Assembly (NCBI GenBank): GCA_025558095.1
Contig: JAIVFI010000042.1
Location: 62,001-126,000, forward strand
Source: Hyaloraphidium curvatum SAG 235-1
Lineage: Eukaryota; Fungi; Monoblepharomycota
Reading direction: 5' to 3'
DNA length: 64,000 nucleotides
The notes beneath the pieces are model-generated. The model did not search any database, had not been told where the DNA came from, and was given only the letters and a program-made list of their open reading frames with translations. The position numbers were made by a program, and so were the translations under genes. This document shows positions 1 through 11,184 of this stretch, piece by piece. Each line of letters starts with the position of its first letter. The first letter of the stretch is position 1.

Positions 1-183
1 CGGATTCTGAACGCATTTTGTGGCTCTCTCTCCCCAAGATTGAGTGGTCGTGGTCTTGAGAACCGCCGTAGCAAGGAGCGCAGATAGAGATCTATCAAAT
101 TCAGCAGGCTGCCTTTCTCGCAGTGCATAATACAAAATGCGGTTTCGGTTCGAGAGTCCAGTAACCCCGTGTCCAGGAGCCGC

Positions 184-2005
184 CTACGCCCCGACGAGGA
201 ACGAAGCAACGACGGCCAGCACCGCCGCCAGCCATCCCGCCGCAAGCACGCCCGCCGACGACGGCCTCGACGTGGGCGCGACCACCGTGAGCGTCGCCGA
301 TGCCGTCGGCGATACCACCCCGCCCGTGACGGTGGGCGTGGCCCTGTACCTCGGCGGGCACGCCGCGCCCAGGTCGCCGGTCCCGTTGGGCAGCCTGTTG
401 GGCCCCGTGTTGAACATGTCGAGCCACCACGTGCGGTCGCACCACGTCGACTCCCCTCCCCCAAACGCCATCCGGTTGGTCGGGATCTCGTCGAGCCAGG
501 CGTCCATGATCCCACTCTCGTTCTTCCCCTGCCCGATCACCAGGCGGAAGTCGCGGTCGTCGCCCCACTCCTCCTTGCGGATCTCGAACCACACGATGGC
601 CCGGGTGAGGTTGTACCTGTCGAACGTGGACTCGTTGTAGAGCTGCCGCCACCAGGACTGCTTGATCTCGATGGCGGTGGGGCCGGTCTTGCCGACGTGC
701 CACGCCGCGGCGGTCTCGGAGAAGAAGAAGGGCTTGTCCCGGCCGACGGCGAGGCGGCGGTAGTGGTTGCAGATGGGGAAGTTGCCGTACTTGTTGACGC
801 CGTCGAGCCAGTTCCAGAGCGTGTTGTCGGGGACGATCTCGTTGATCGTCTGCCGAAAACGTCAGCCGCAACAAAACACCGCCCATCCGCCGCAACCCAC
901 GTGGTCCTCGGTGCCGTAGAAGTAGATGCTCATGCCGACGATGTCCACGTAGTCGTCCCCGGGCCAGAAGGGCAGGTACGGGTCGTAGTCTGCGGGCCGC
1001 CACTCGCAGTCGGGGACGGCGTTGGGCGCCCACTCCATCTTGACGGCGGCACGTGTGGCGGGCCGCATGGCGTCGACGAACTCGCGCCAGATGCGGACGA
1101 AGAGGTCCTGCTGGTCGCCCCACGGGTACCTGGGGAAGCGGAGTTGGGTGAGAACCAGGGTCGGGGCGGCAGGCCTTCGAGGTAGAAACCGACCAGTTGC
1201 CGTTCATCTCGTGGCCCCAGCGGATGATAATCGGGAGGCCAAGGTCGACAAGCTCGTCGATAAGCTTGAGGAATCTGAGGATACGGAGAAAGAGTCAGAG
1301 CGACGTCGGAAAGGCGACCCGCTAGGCCCGATGCTATCCCGCTCAAGTGGATCGGGCTCAGGCGACCGGTGTCAGTCGCCTGAATGGCAGCCGAGGGCCG
1401 CGCATAGTGCCAGGCCTCGGGATCACAGGGCCCCGTTCTCCCGGATCAGGATCCGACACCCACGGCTCCGTGTAGCCACCCGGGTACATCGGGTCGCCCA
1501 TGGTGCAGTTGAGCACAATGTCGTTGCAGTCGCCTGCCTGGCCCTGCTTGGTGCAGTTCTTGTAGATGTAGGTGCCCGACGAGCAGTTGGACGTGCCCCA
1601 GTACTGCAGGCCCTCCCACGGCATGACGGCGATCGAGTAGGCTGCGCCGTAGCCGAGGTTGAGGACCTGCTTTGCGTGCCGCATCATGCGCTCCTCGCAG
1701 AAGGAGAAGTTGTACTTCTGGTCGCGGAGCGGCGAGGAGCCGACGTCGAAGAAGTCGCCGAAGATTGTGGCGTTGCGGCCCAGCAGCGCGTTGTACTCGG
1801 CGGCGCCGATGCCGTCGTCCCACGCGAGGTGCGCGCCGTGCGCGACGGGCGCGCGCGTCGACTGCGCGGACGGCGCGGCGGGGAGGCGGGTGGCCGTCGG
1901 CGCCTGCCGGGCGAGCAGCTCCACGGGGCCGGCCGCCGCGGGGGCGCACGCCGCGAGCAGCGCCGCAGCGCCGAACACCGCGAGGGCTCTGCGCAGCGCG
2001 GCCAT
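184..2005 (-). CDS. Secreted, probably GPI/membrane-anchored glycoside hydrolase family 26 (beta-mannanase-like), multi-exon
   Basis: Signal peptide MAALRRALAVFGAAALLAAC. Spliced motifs IIIRWGHEMNGNW (acid/base Glu), YPWG, MEWAPN, FWPGDDYVDIVGMSIY, KPFFFSETAA (nucleophile Glu), WFEIRKEE. Ser/Thr-rich linker and hydrophobic C-terminus. Confidence 0.85.
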
Positions 2006-2450
2006 CGCGAGATTCGGGCGGGAGAGCGGCCTGGGGTGTCTTTGCGCCGGGGTGATCCCCCCCGATTTGGTTGATTGAGGCTTAGCGGCAGTCCCGAAGG
2101 CCCTGACGAGGACTCTCGATCGGCCATTCCAGCTGGCTCCACCAACAGCATTAATCCGAAAGGAAAGTGATGATCTCGATGATTCCGGGCTCCTCATCGC
2201 GGGCGGTCCACGGATGGATGGGCACGAGGGGTCGATCCCCCGGAGGCGGTCTTCGAGAGAAGATCGGCTTGGAAATGAAACATGAGCTAAAGGCGGAACA
2301 TTCTGATTCATTCATTTCTCCTTTTGCCTTGAGAGCGCCTCATGTCGTGTCGCCAGGCCGGTCTGCTCAGAGGTCAGGGGGCAACTACAAAAAGTCTAAG
2401 GTGGTCGAACGACGCGCTCCCCTCCCGCCCCCCGCCCGCGATTCCGCGCG

Positions 2451-5400
2451 ATGCGGTACTACCAGGTGCCTCTCCTCGCGTGCAACGACTGCTGTACTAT
2501 TTTTCTGACGCGTTCCCGCCGTCCAGCCGACGTGGCTGTCCCACACCTCGGAGAAGGGCGCGCGGCAGGTGGGCCTCACGGGACCGCGGTCGCGAAGGAT
2601 TCCGCTCACGCCGTCCGACAGCCGATATTCTCGCTGCATTGGCATCCGGATGGACAGCGGCTGGCGACGGGCGGCACCGGTGGGCCCGTTCCGTCGGCCC
2701 GGGGGACGCGTCTGACTTGTTTCTCTACCGCGTCTCCTTCGCTGCCTCGCCAACCCGAACATTAATTGGACCTCCATTCCGGCGCCAGGTCCCACCTCGG
2801 TCAAGATATGGGGCGCCCCCGCCCTCCTGGACCCCCCACCCGCCGCCCCCGGCCCCTCTGCTCCCTCCCAGCCCGAACACCGCCTGCTCTCCGCGCTCAC
2901 GGGCCACGACGCCGCCGTCCTGGTCGTCCGCTGGTCCCCCGACGGCAAGCGTTTGGCTACGGGGGGCGACGACCGCGCCGTGATGCTGTGGGAGCGGGAC
3001 GACGAGGCGGTCGAGTTCGGCGGGCCGAGGAACGAGGAGGGGTATCGGGTGGTCAAGGTGCTCAGGGGGCACGATTCGGACGTCGTTGATCTGGCGTGGT
3101 CGGTGGATGGGGATCTGCTGGCGACGTGCTCATTGGATCGGTCGGTGGTGGTGTGGGACGCGAGGGGGCACGGTGAGCGCGTCCGCAGGCACATGCCCTG
3201 AGGACACCCAACATTTTCCCATACCGCCTTTCAGAAATCATTCGGCGGTTTCATGGGCACGAGGGCCACGTCAAGGGCGTGGCCTTTGACCCGCTGGGCA
3301 CCTACCTCGCGTCCTGCGCGGACGACAAGACCATGCGGATATGGTCCCTCCGCGGGCGGCCGGCAGACTGGGCGGTGGAGCATGTCGTAGAAGTCGGATT
3401 TGAGGGCGGCATGGGGACGTGGTTTTCGCGTTTGAGGTTCGTTCGCTTCTGGACCTCCGCACCGCTTTCGAGATCGCTGATTGCGTCGCGCCGTCCAGCT
3501 TCTCCCCCGACGGCGCATACCTCGCTGCTCCCACCGGCCACAACAACGGCCTGCCCACCGCCCCCCTCTTCGAGCGCCCCACCCCCGACCGCGCCCCCGC
3601 CCCCGCCCTCAGCCTGGTGGGCCACTCCTCCCCGATCGAGGTCTCCTACTTTTCCCCCCGCCTCTTCCGCCGCGGCAGCCCCGACACCTGCGCCGTGCTC
3701 GCCACCGCCGGCGAGGACGGCACCCTGGCGCTCTGGGCTGCCGCGCAGCCTCGCGCGATCGCGGCGCTGGAGGGCATCGTCGCCTCCGGGACCGTGTACG
3801 GGGTGCACGACGTCGCGTGGCATCCGACCGGCTCGTCCATGTGCGTGTGCACGCACGGCGGGTACGTCGGGGTGCTGTCGTTCGAGGGGAAGGAGATCGG
3901 GGACCCCGTGCCGCCGGAGGAGGTGGAGGAGATCCTCAGGAAGCGCGGCAAGGGGGCCAAGCAGGCGGGGATCATCGAGACCCCCGAGTGGCTGCTCGCG
4001 GAGGAAAAGTACAAGGCTTTGGAGGCCGAGAAAGAGCGGGAGGAGCGGGAAAAGGCGAGGGCCGCGGGCGTGGCGCCGCCGTCGCCGGTGCAGGACAAGG
4101 GCAAGGGGAAGGAGGTGCAGAGCCCGAGCGCGCCGCAACCGCCGCCCCAGGTACAGCGGACGAAGGATGGGAAGAAGCGGATCGCGCCGACGTTCATTCG
4201 GAGGTGGGAGCGCCGTGCAGCAGAGCGAAGCCGATCTTCTGATCCCGACGCCTTGGCCCCAGTCTGACCCACGAGGAGCAAACCTCCTCCACCAACCCCT
4301 TTGGCCTTCCCCCTCCTCCTCCATCCCGACCTCCTTCTCCGCCCCGGCCAAAGGAACCACCGGTTGCTTACGGCACCTACGTCGCCGCCGACGGCACGCT
4401 GAAGGACCTCCGCCTCCCGGTCCCGGACGTCGCCGAGCCGCGGCTGATCGTCGGCACCTTCCTGGAGGGCAAGGGCGTGGAGTGCCGTAACGAGGGCCGC
4501 GGGGCGAACGCGACGTGCCTCGTCAGGGTGATCAGGGACGGGCGGACGGCGTGGGACGATACGGTGCCGGGGCACGCGGTCAAGGCGGTTAGCGAGGGGG
4601 AGGTGACCGCGGTTTCGACGAGCGACGGGGGATTGCACGTCTGGAGTCGCGCGGGGAGAAGGTGGGTTTCCGTGAATGGCATTGGTGACCTTGTTGCTGA
4701 CGCCGCAACCCCCAGACTCCTGCCCCCGATCATCATGGAAGCCCCTGCGAGCTTCCTGTGTTTGCGGAAGGACTACCTCATGGCGATCAGCGCGGTCGGT
4801 ACGCTCGATCTTTGGTAAGCCAAGGCCCCTCTGCGTGCCCTGCTGTCTCTGAATTCCTGCTCCTCCCTAGGGACATGAAGGACGTTAAGCAGGTCTTTCC
4901 GACCGCCTCCCTTTCCCCCCTCATGTCGTCCCTCTCCCGGCTGCACGCCGCTGCGGCCGAGCGCAACAAGATCCTAATGCCCGGGATTACCCCCTCCATG
5001 CCTACCATCACCACCGCCGTCGTGCAGGACGACGGCACCCCGCTTCTCCTCGCCGGAACATGGGGCGCGTTCCGGTACGACCCCGGCCGAGGCTGGACAA
5101 AGGTCGTGGACCCGCGGGATCCCGGACCCGAATCCATCGGCCCCAAGAAGGGGCCGTTCGAAGCTCTGCGCCGTTCCGTGGGCGGGGACAAGGGTCCGCC
5201 GCTGCGTGGGCGTAAGCTGCCGCTGGGCTGGCTGGAGGGCAAGCTCGCGTCGTGCCGGGCGCTGTCGAGCTTGGACGAATTCCGGTACTGGCTGCGGCTG
5301 TACATGCAGCGCCTCGCGGAGGACGCCGAGGTCGACCGCGCCGCCGAGATCGTGGATGAGCTGGTTGCGCCCGAGGGGGCACCGTACGCGGGCAACTGGA

Positions 5401-5492
5401 CCAAGGCCCAGCGCGCGGCCATGTTTGAGGAGATGATCCCGATCATGATCAAGCAGCGGGCGTTCCAGCGCGTGTTGGAGGGCTTGATTTGA
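2451..5492 (+). CDS. HIR1: Histone chaperone HIRA/Hir1 (WD40 repeats, B-motif, Hira domain), multi-exon
   Basis: Spliced N-terminus MRYYQ|PTWLSH..PIFSLHWHPDGQRLATGG. WD40 repeats (GHDSDVVDLAWS, GHVKGVAFDPLGTYLAS). Asf1-binding B-motif RTKDGKKRIAP. C-terminal LEGKL..EFRYWLRLY. Confidence 0.93.
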
Positions 5493-5784
5493 ATCTGCTG
5501 GATCGCTATCCCGTGCTCGCTCGTTCCGCTAGGCCGCTAGGCCGGGTAGCTCGTGTTGCCTCGGTTGCATGAATCGGACGAATCCCGCTCGTCGTGCCAC
5601 AGGACCCCTTCGGATCTAGCTCCGCACACTTTTACGATCGTATTTGCCTCGCACGGAGTCTTCAGTGAATCGGAAAAAAGGTGCGCAACGGCAACGGGTG
5701 CGCAAAGGCAGCGGTTTTTTTGTCGCCGCCCCGCGCGGTCCCCGGTCCCGCGTCTCCCGTTCTGCCTCCACGCCCCGCTACACG

Positions 5785-8685
5785 ATGCGGTCGCTCTCGC
5801 GCCCCCTGGCATTCGCCGCAGCGCTCGCGCTGCTCCTGCTCTCCGTCCCGGCCGACGCCGCCGCGGCCAGGAAAGCGCCGCGATCCTCGGTGTCGCGCCG
5901 GCAGGAGAACATCGACCCCACCCTTCCCACGATTGGCAAATGCGAAGGCAACAAAGTTTGCTTGAACGGCTTCACCTGCGATGTCACCTGCGAGGTCACC
6001 TTCCCCCTGTCGGACGTCACGACTCCGGTTCCCTACACGGTCGTTTCCCGGTCGACCGGAGAAACTCTCTTCACCGGAGAGTTCAACCGCACGGACGCCG
6101 ACGGCATGATCGTGCCGGATTTCGTCTTTCCTTTCACCAGCACGTTCAACGGGTGAGTCCCGAGCGCCGCCACCGGACTCGTCGGGCATGGTGTTGCGCT
6201 CCTTCCTTGGAGGCATTGCGCGGGATGCCCAGGCCGGCACTGACCCCAACTCCTCTTCATCGCAGGTGGAACGACATGAACGTCACCATCGGAAGTGGGG
6301 TCTCCCGCTACGTCGTCCAGGTCACCCCGGCCGGCGTCACGATCATACCCATCATCATCACCCTGATCGTGGCCTTCTGGTCCCGCGAAGTCTTGCCGTC
6401 GCTGCTCTTCGGCATCTTCTTGACCGCGACCTTCAGTGGGTTCCTGGAATTGGACTCTGCTTGTGTGGAAAGATCTGATCAGGATCTTTCTCCCCTTGTT
6501 CACTATTCCCTTGCGTGATCCTTTCGGTTCTACAGTCAATAGTGGGTTGATTAGCGCGCGTCGGACGGACGACCGACTAACATGTGATCTGCGCGCAGAC
6601 TACAACCCGATCATCGGCTTCGAGCGTACCCTTGACACCTATATGGCGAACGCTGTTGCTGATCGCTACCACGCACTGCTCATCCTTCTGACTTTCTGGT
6701 GCGGAGCTGCCGTCCCCATTCCGCACCGTGATCACTGATCGTTCGCACTCCAGGCTCGGTTCCCTGGTTTGCCTCGTGCAGAAGTCCGGTGGGGCCGCTG
6801 GATTGGGTCGGGCCGTGAGCAAGTACGCCAAGAACCGCTGGGGCGCGCAGTGGTATGGCTACGTGAGTTTCGCACTGGCGTCGCGATGCAGGATCGGGGC
6901 CTGACGCCTAGCGTCCCCGCAGGCTCTCGGATGGATCATTTTCTTCGACGACTACGCCTCGTGCCTGATCGTTGGTAATCAGATGCGACCCATAACTGAC
7001 GAGTTCTGGGTGTCTCGCGAGAAGCTGGCCTTCATCACGCACACCACCTCGGCCGCACCCGCCTCGATCGTCCCCATGACCAGCTGGATTGGCTTCGAGC
7101 TCTCGCTTCTCACCGACGCCATGCGATCCGTCGGTTCCACGATGGACCCGTGGACGACGCTGCTGGAGACCATCCCGTCTCGCTACTACCCGTTCTTCAT
7201 GCTCTACCTCATCCCCATCCTCCTGATCTTCAAGCGCGAGTTCGGACCCATGCTCGGCGCCGAGCGCCGCGCGATGCGGCTGCACCAGCTGCAGCCGCCG
7301 GACATGATGGTCGAGGACGACTCGCAGGAGTTCAGCGAGTTCTCGGACGAGAAGGGGCCCCAGAAGAAGATCGCGCACTGGGCCCACGCGATGGTGCCCA
7401 TCGTCGTCTGCATTGTCGTCATCATTATCTCGCTATTCCTGACCGGATACTATATCTGCGTCGACAACGGCATCCCGATCACGGTACGTGCGTCGACCAA
7501 GTGCTTGCGTGCTGGTGGGTCTGACTTACGCACATCCAGGCCAGCAACCTTTCCGGCAACGGCGACTCCTACTACGCGCTGACGTACGGCGCCTTCATCG
7601 GCGCTCTCTGGGCCACAATCCAGTACAAGATCTTCGGCGTGCTCACCCTCAAGGAGTCTGTCCAGGGCTGGCTGCAGGGTATCCGCAGCATGATCGAGGC
7701 GCTCATGGTCCTGATCATGGCCTGGGCCATCTCGAACGCGATCGAGGACCTCGGCACGGCGACCTTCATCGTTAGCGCCGCACAGGGCGGGATCGACTGG
7801 CGCGGGCTGCCGGCGCTCATCTTCCTGCTCTGCTGCATCATGTCGTTCTGCACCGGGTCCTCGTGGGGGACGATGGTGAGCCATTTACGGCCAGCAGCTT
7901 TTCATGTTTCTGACCCGCTCTCTCTCACAGGCGATCGTGTTCCCCTTGGCGATCCCCCTGGCCGTCGGCATCGCCCCGCCGGAGTACCAGCACGTGTCGC
8001 TCGTCGACACGGCCAGTGCCATCCTCTCGGGCTCGATCTTCGGCGACCAGTGCTCCCCGATTTCCGACACGACCATCTTGACGACGATCGCTTCCCGCGT
8101 CGCGATCCACCCGCACATCATGACCCAGGTGCGTCGATTTGGCGTACCCCCCGAACAATTCTGACGATTCCCCGCCAGATCATCTACTCCTGCCTCTGCG
8201 CCGTTCTTGCGATCGTCATCGGCCTGATTCCTCTGGGCTACCAGGCATACCCTGCCTACGCCGGCTTGCTGCTCGGAATCCCCGTCCTCGTGATCATCTG
8301 CTACCTCCTCGGCACCCCCGTCGAGTCCGACAAGCCGGACAAGCTCGCGTTCCTGTACAGCTGGCGCAAGAGCAAGGTCACGGGGGAGACGCCCGCCGCG
8401 GAGGGGGCAAACCCGGAGACGTCGGCGCCGCGGATCATGACCACCGAGGTGGGGTCTCCCGCGGCCACGGAGCTCATGAATCTCTGACTCGCCGACGCGC
8501 AGGAGGCGTTCGGCGACGTCGACAAATTCCACGTCGACTCGGACATCCCCATGGCCGGCGGCCACTACTCCATCCCCGAGCAGGCGAAGCGCGCCGTTTC
8601 GGTGGAGCCGCCCGAGGAACGCGCAGAGGCTGCTGCTGTCGACGAGGAGGTCGGAGAGAAGAAGGATGCCGCGGTCTCGGCCTGA
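5785..8685 (+). CDS. NhaC-family Na+/H+ antiporter-like transporter with N-terminal signal peptide and extracellular domain, multi-exon
   Basis: Motifs IFFDDYASCLIVG, MRPITD..VSREKLAFI, SFCTGSSWGTM, SGSIFGDQCSPISDTTIL. Many hydrophobic helices. Confidence 0.88.
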
Positions 8686-8921
8686 TCGCTCCTCCGCTTT
8701 GTCACCCGGGGAATGGGAGGCGGCCGTCCCCGATCGATCACCAAGCCGCCCAGAAAAAGCAATGTACAGCGCAACCATGTAGCGTGATATGTAGCCACCA
8801 TGAATTGGAGCACATTTGCAAGGCAATCGGGGAAGGAAGACGCCTGCTTCGAAGGATGTGAAGGGTGCGGGCGCGCGGCCAACTCCGCTTGGCCCAGCAG
8901 GCCGCGAAACTCCCTTCCAAA

Positions 8922-9944
8922 ATGGCGCCCTCCCCGTCGCAGGCGGCCATCTTCTTTGGCGGAGCAGTGGTCGGCGCCCTGCTCGCCTTTGGCTTCCCCG
9001 CCGCGCAGCCGCCTCTGCCGCTGCCGCTGCCGCCGCTCCCCGAGGGCGTCCCGCCCGGTCTTCTTCAGTCCTGCGCGTCCAACTACGCGGTCCGCGAGGC
9101 CGCGTGGGCCAAACGCGTCGCGCGACGCCAGAAGGAGGTCGCCAACCGCCCGAATCAGCAGCGCAACAACATGTGGCTCCAGATTTCCCAGAAGAACTGC
9201 CCGAACGCGCGGTACGACGAAACGTCGTGGGACCGCGTCGTGGCCTTCAACCCGTTCGACCCCGAGTGGTCATGCCCGGACGAGGAGCGCATCGGGCCGT
9301 TCGCGCTGGACTCGAACGAGGGCGGAAAATGGATCTGCTTCGTGCCCAAGCCCGGGGAGCCTTGCCTGGTCTACTCGGTCGGGTCCAACTACGACTTTTC
9401 GTTCGAAAAGGCCGTCAAGCAGCTCAACGCGGGCTGCGAGGTGCACACCTTCGACCCTACCACGGACGTGGCCCGTTCGAGGGCGCTCGCAGTCGGCGTG
9501 GGATCCACCTTCCACCCCTGGGCCTTCGGCCGCGACCGGAGCGTCGCGCAGATCGCCGACGAGCTCGGGCACTCGGGGCGCCGGATCGACATCCTCAAGA
9601 TCGACTGCGAGCGATGCGAACTCAAGCCGTCGTTCCTCTCGACCTTTTCCAAGTGCCGGAAAGGGCGCGACGGGTCGGACCCGCCCATCGGGCAGATCCT
9701 CATGGAAGTGCACCTTCCCGAGCCGCCCGAGGCCCCGTTCCCTGCCGTCAAGGCCCTGTTCGACGCCTTTGACGGTTGCGGCTTCCGGACTTTCCACAAG
9801 GAGCCCAACGTTGAGTGGGCGGGGGGTTACAACGCGATCGAGTTCGCGCTGGTGGATCCCAGGGCAGCCAGGGAGTCGTTCTGGAGGGCGGCGTGCCCCG
9901 AGGTGCCGCTGGACGCCTTCCTTCAAGCGACGGGGTATCGGTAG
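8922..9944 (+). CDS. Type II membrane SAM-dependent methyltransferase (Methyltransf_22/METTL24-like), intronless
   Basis: N-terminal TM anchor; EGGKWIC, CLVYSVGSNYDFSFE, CEVHTFDPT, IDILKIDCE, QILMEVH, FHKEPN. Confidence 0.85.
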   Translation: MAPSPSQAAIFFGGAVVGALLAFGFPAAQPPLPLPLPPLPEGVPPGLLQSCASNYAVREAAWAKRVARRQKEVANRPNQQRNNMWLQISQKNCPNARYDETSWDRVVAFNPFDPEWSCPDEERIGPFALDSNEGGKWICFVPKPGEPCLVYSVGSNYDFSFEKAVKQLNAGCEVHTFDPTTDVARSRALAVGVGSTFHPWAFGRDRSVAQIADELGHSGRRIDILKIDCERCELKPSFLSTFSKCRKGRDGSDPPIGQILMEVHLPEPPEAPFPAVKALFDAFDGCGFRTFHKEPNVEWAGGYNAIEFALVDPRAARESFWRAACPEVPLDAFLQATGYR

Positions 9945-10351
9945 CGGGGTTCGTGAAGACTGGGGAGGGCTCTGGCGTCGAGCAATTCCGTTGGAGCTTA
10001 TATTAGTGAGTTGGGAACGCCGATATACCCGGAAGTGCCACGTAGTCTGCCAGCGGAACACATCGGAAGGCCGGGGAGTGGCACGGTTCCGAAGGTTCCG
10101 CACCGAGGGCCTGGTGTTCCTCTCGCCGTCGCGTCGCCCCATCGTCGATGGTGGAAGTTCGGAAATGACGTGCGTCGGTTGAAGATGGTGTTGCTTGGCG
10201 TTTTGCCAGGGGTCGGGATGTGCGTCACCCGCGGATTGCGCGATGGTAGTTGGCGCAAGACCCAAACACGTCGCATCTCCACCCCCCGCATAAAAACCCG
10301 GCCCCGGAACCCCTGCGGAGCACCCGAATCCCGCCTCGCAAACTCGGAAAA

Positions 10352-10884
10352 ATGGCCGACTACCACACCAGCTGGTGCTTCGTGTGCGACAAGCAGTGCG
10401 TCGACTCGGTGAGCCCCCACCGCTCCGTCTCCCAGCGGAAAGGACGCTGACTCCCGCCCAGTCTTCCCTGTACTGCAGCCGCGCCTGCCGCAACCGCGAT
10501 TTTTCCCGGTCGAACGAGGCCGCGGGCGAGCACCACGTGCCCGTCCTGCGCGCGCGGCGGACCAACTCCTCCTCGTCGGGGTGGTCCGAGCGCGAAGGCA
10601 GCCCGCCGCCCGAGGGCTCGCCCCCGCCGGCGCCCGCACACTGGGTCTCAGCAGCCCTCGCTACGGACAGCGACGACGGCGAGCCGGAGCAGCCGCCGCC
10701 GGAGGGCAGCCCGCCGCCCAGCCGCCCCGTGTCGGTCCCCCGCGCGCGTTCGCCCGAGGTGGTGTGGGGCACCGCGATCCAGGACTCGGAGCTGGAGCGG
10801 CACTTTGCGAGGGCGATGGAGCGGTACCGCGCCGTGCCGGTACCCGCTCGGAGGATGTGGACCACTGCGCCTTCCGCTCCCTGA
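10352..10884 (+). CDS. Ecl1-like small zinc-finger protein, one intron (10409-10461)
   Basis: Spliced MADYHTSWCFVCDKQCVDS|SSLYCSRACRNRDF gives the CxxCDKQ..YCSxxCR..D pattern, followed by a Pro/Ser-rich disordered tail. Confidence 0.7.
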
Positions 10885-11184
10885 GTCGGGTGTGACTCAC
10901 CCCGCGAAGGACGCTGCGGCAAGGAGAGATGGAGGGCACATGGTCGTGGATGGACATCGTGGATGGTTGCCGACATGTTGTCTGGCGTATTGCATTGCTT
11001 TTCTGACCGTGTACTAGTGGATGCGAACATGGATCGTGGCTTCTCTATACTGGCTTCCGAGGTCCGACGATCTGCACACCCAATCTCCTCGTCCGCGTGC
11101 CAGCCGATCCCAGATTCTCGGTGCGCACATACCACACGAGCGCTTGTCCTTTAGCGGGGATCGTTGCGGCATGAACGGCTCCGG

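Noticed and set aside
138-165. GGTTCGAG resembling a tRNA T-loop
   Set aside because: No cloverleaf stems or D-arm could be built; it lies in the 3' flank of the GH26 gene.
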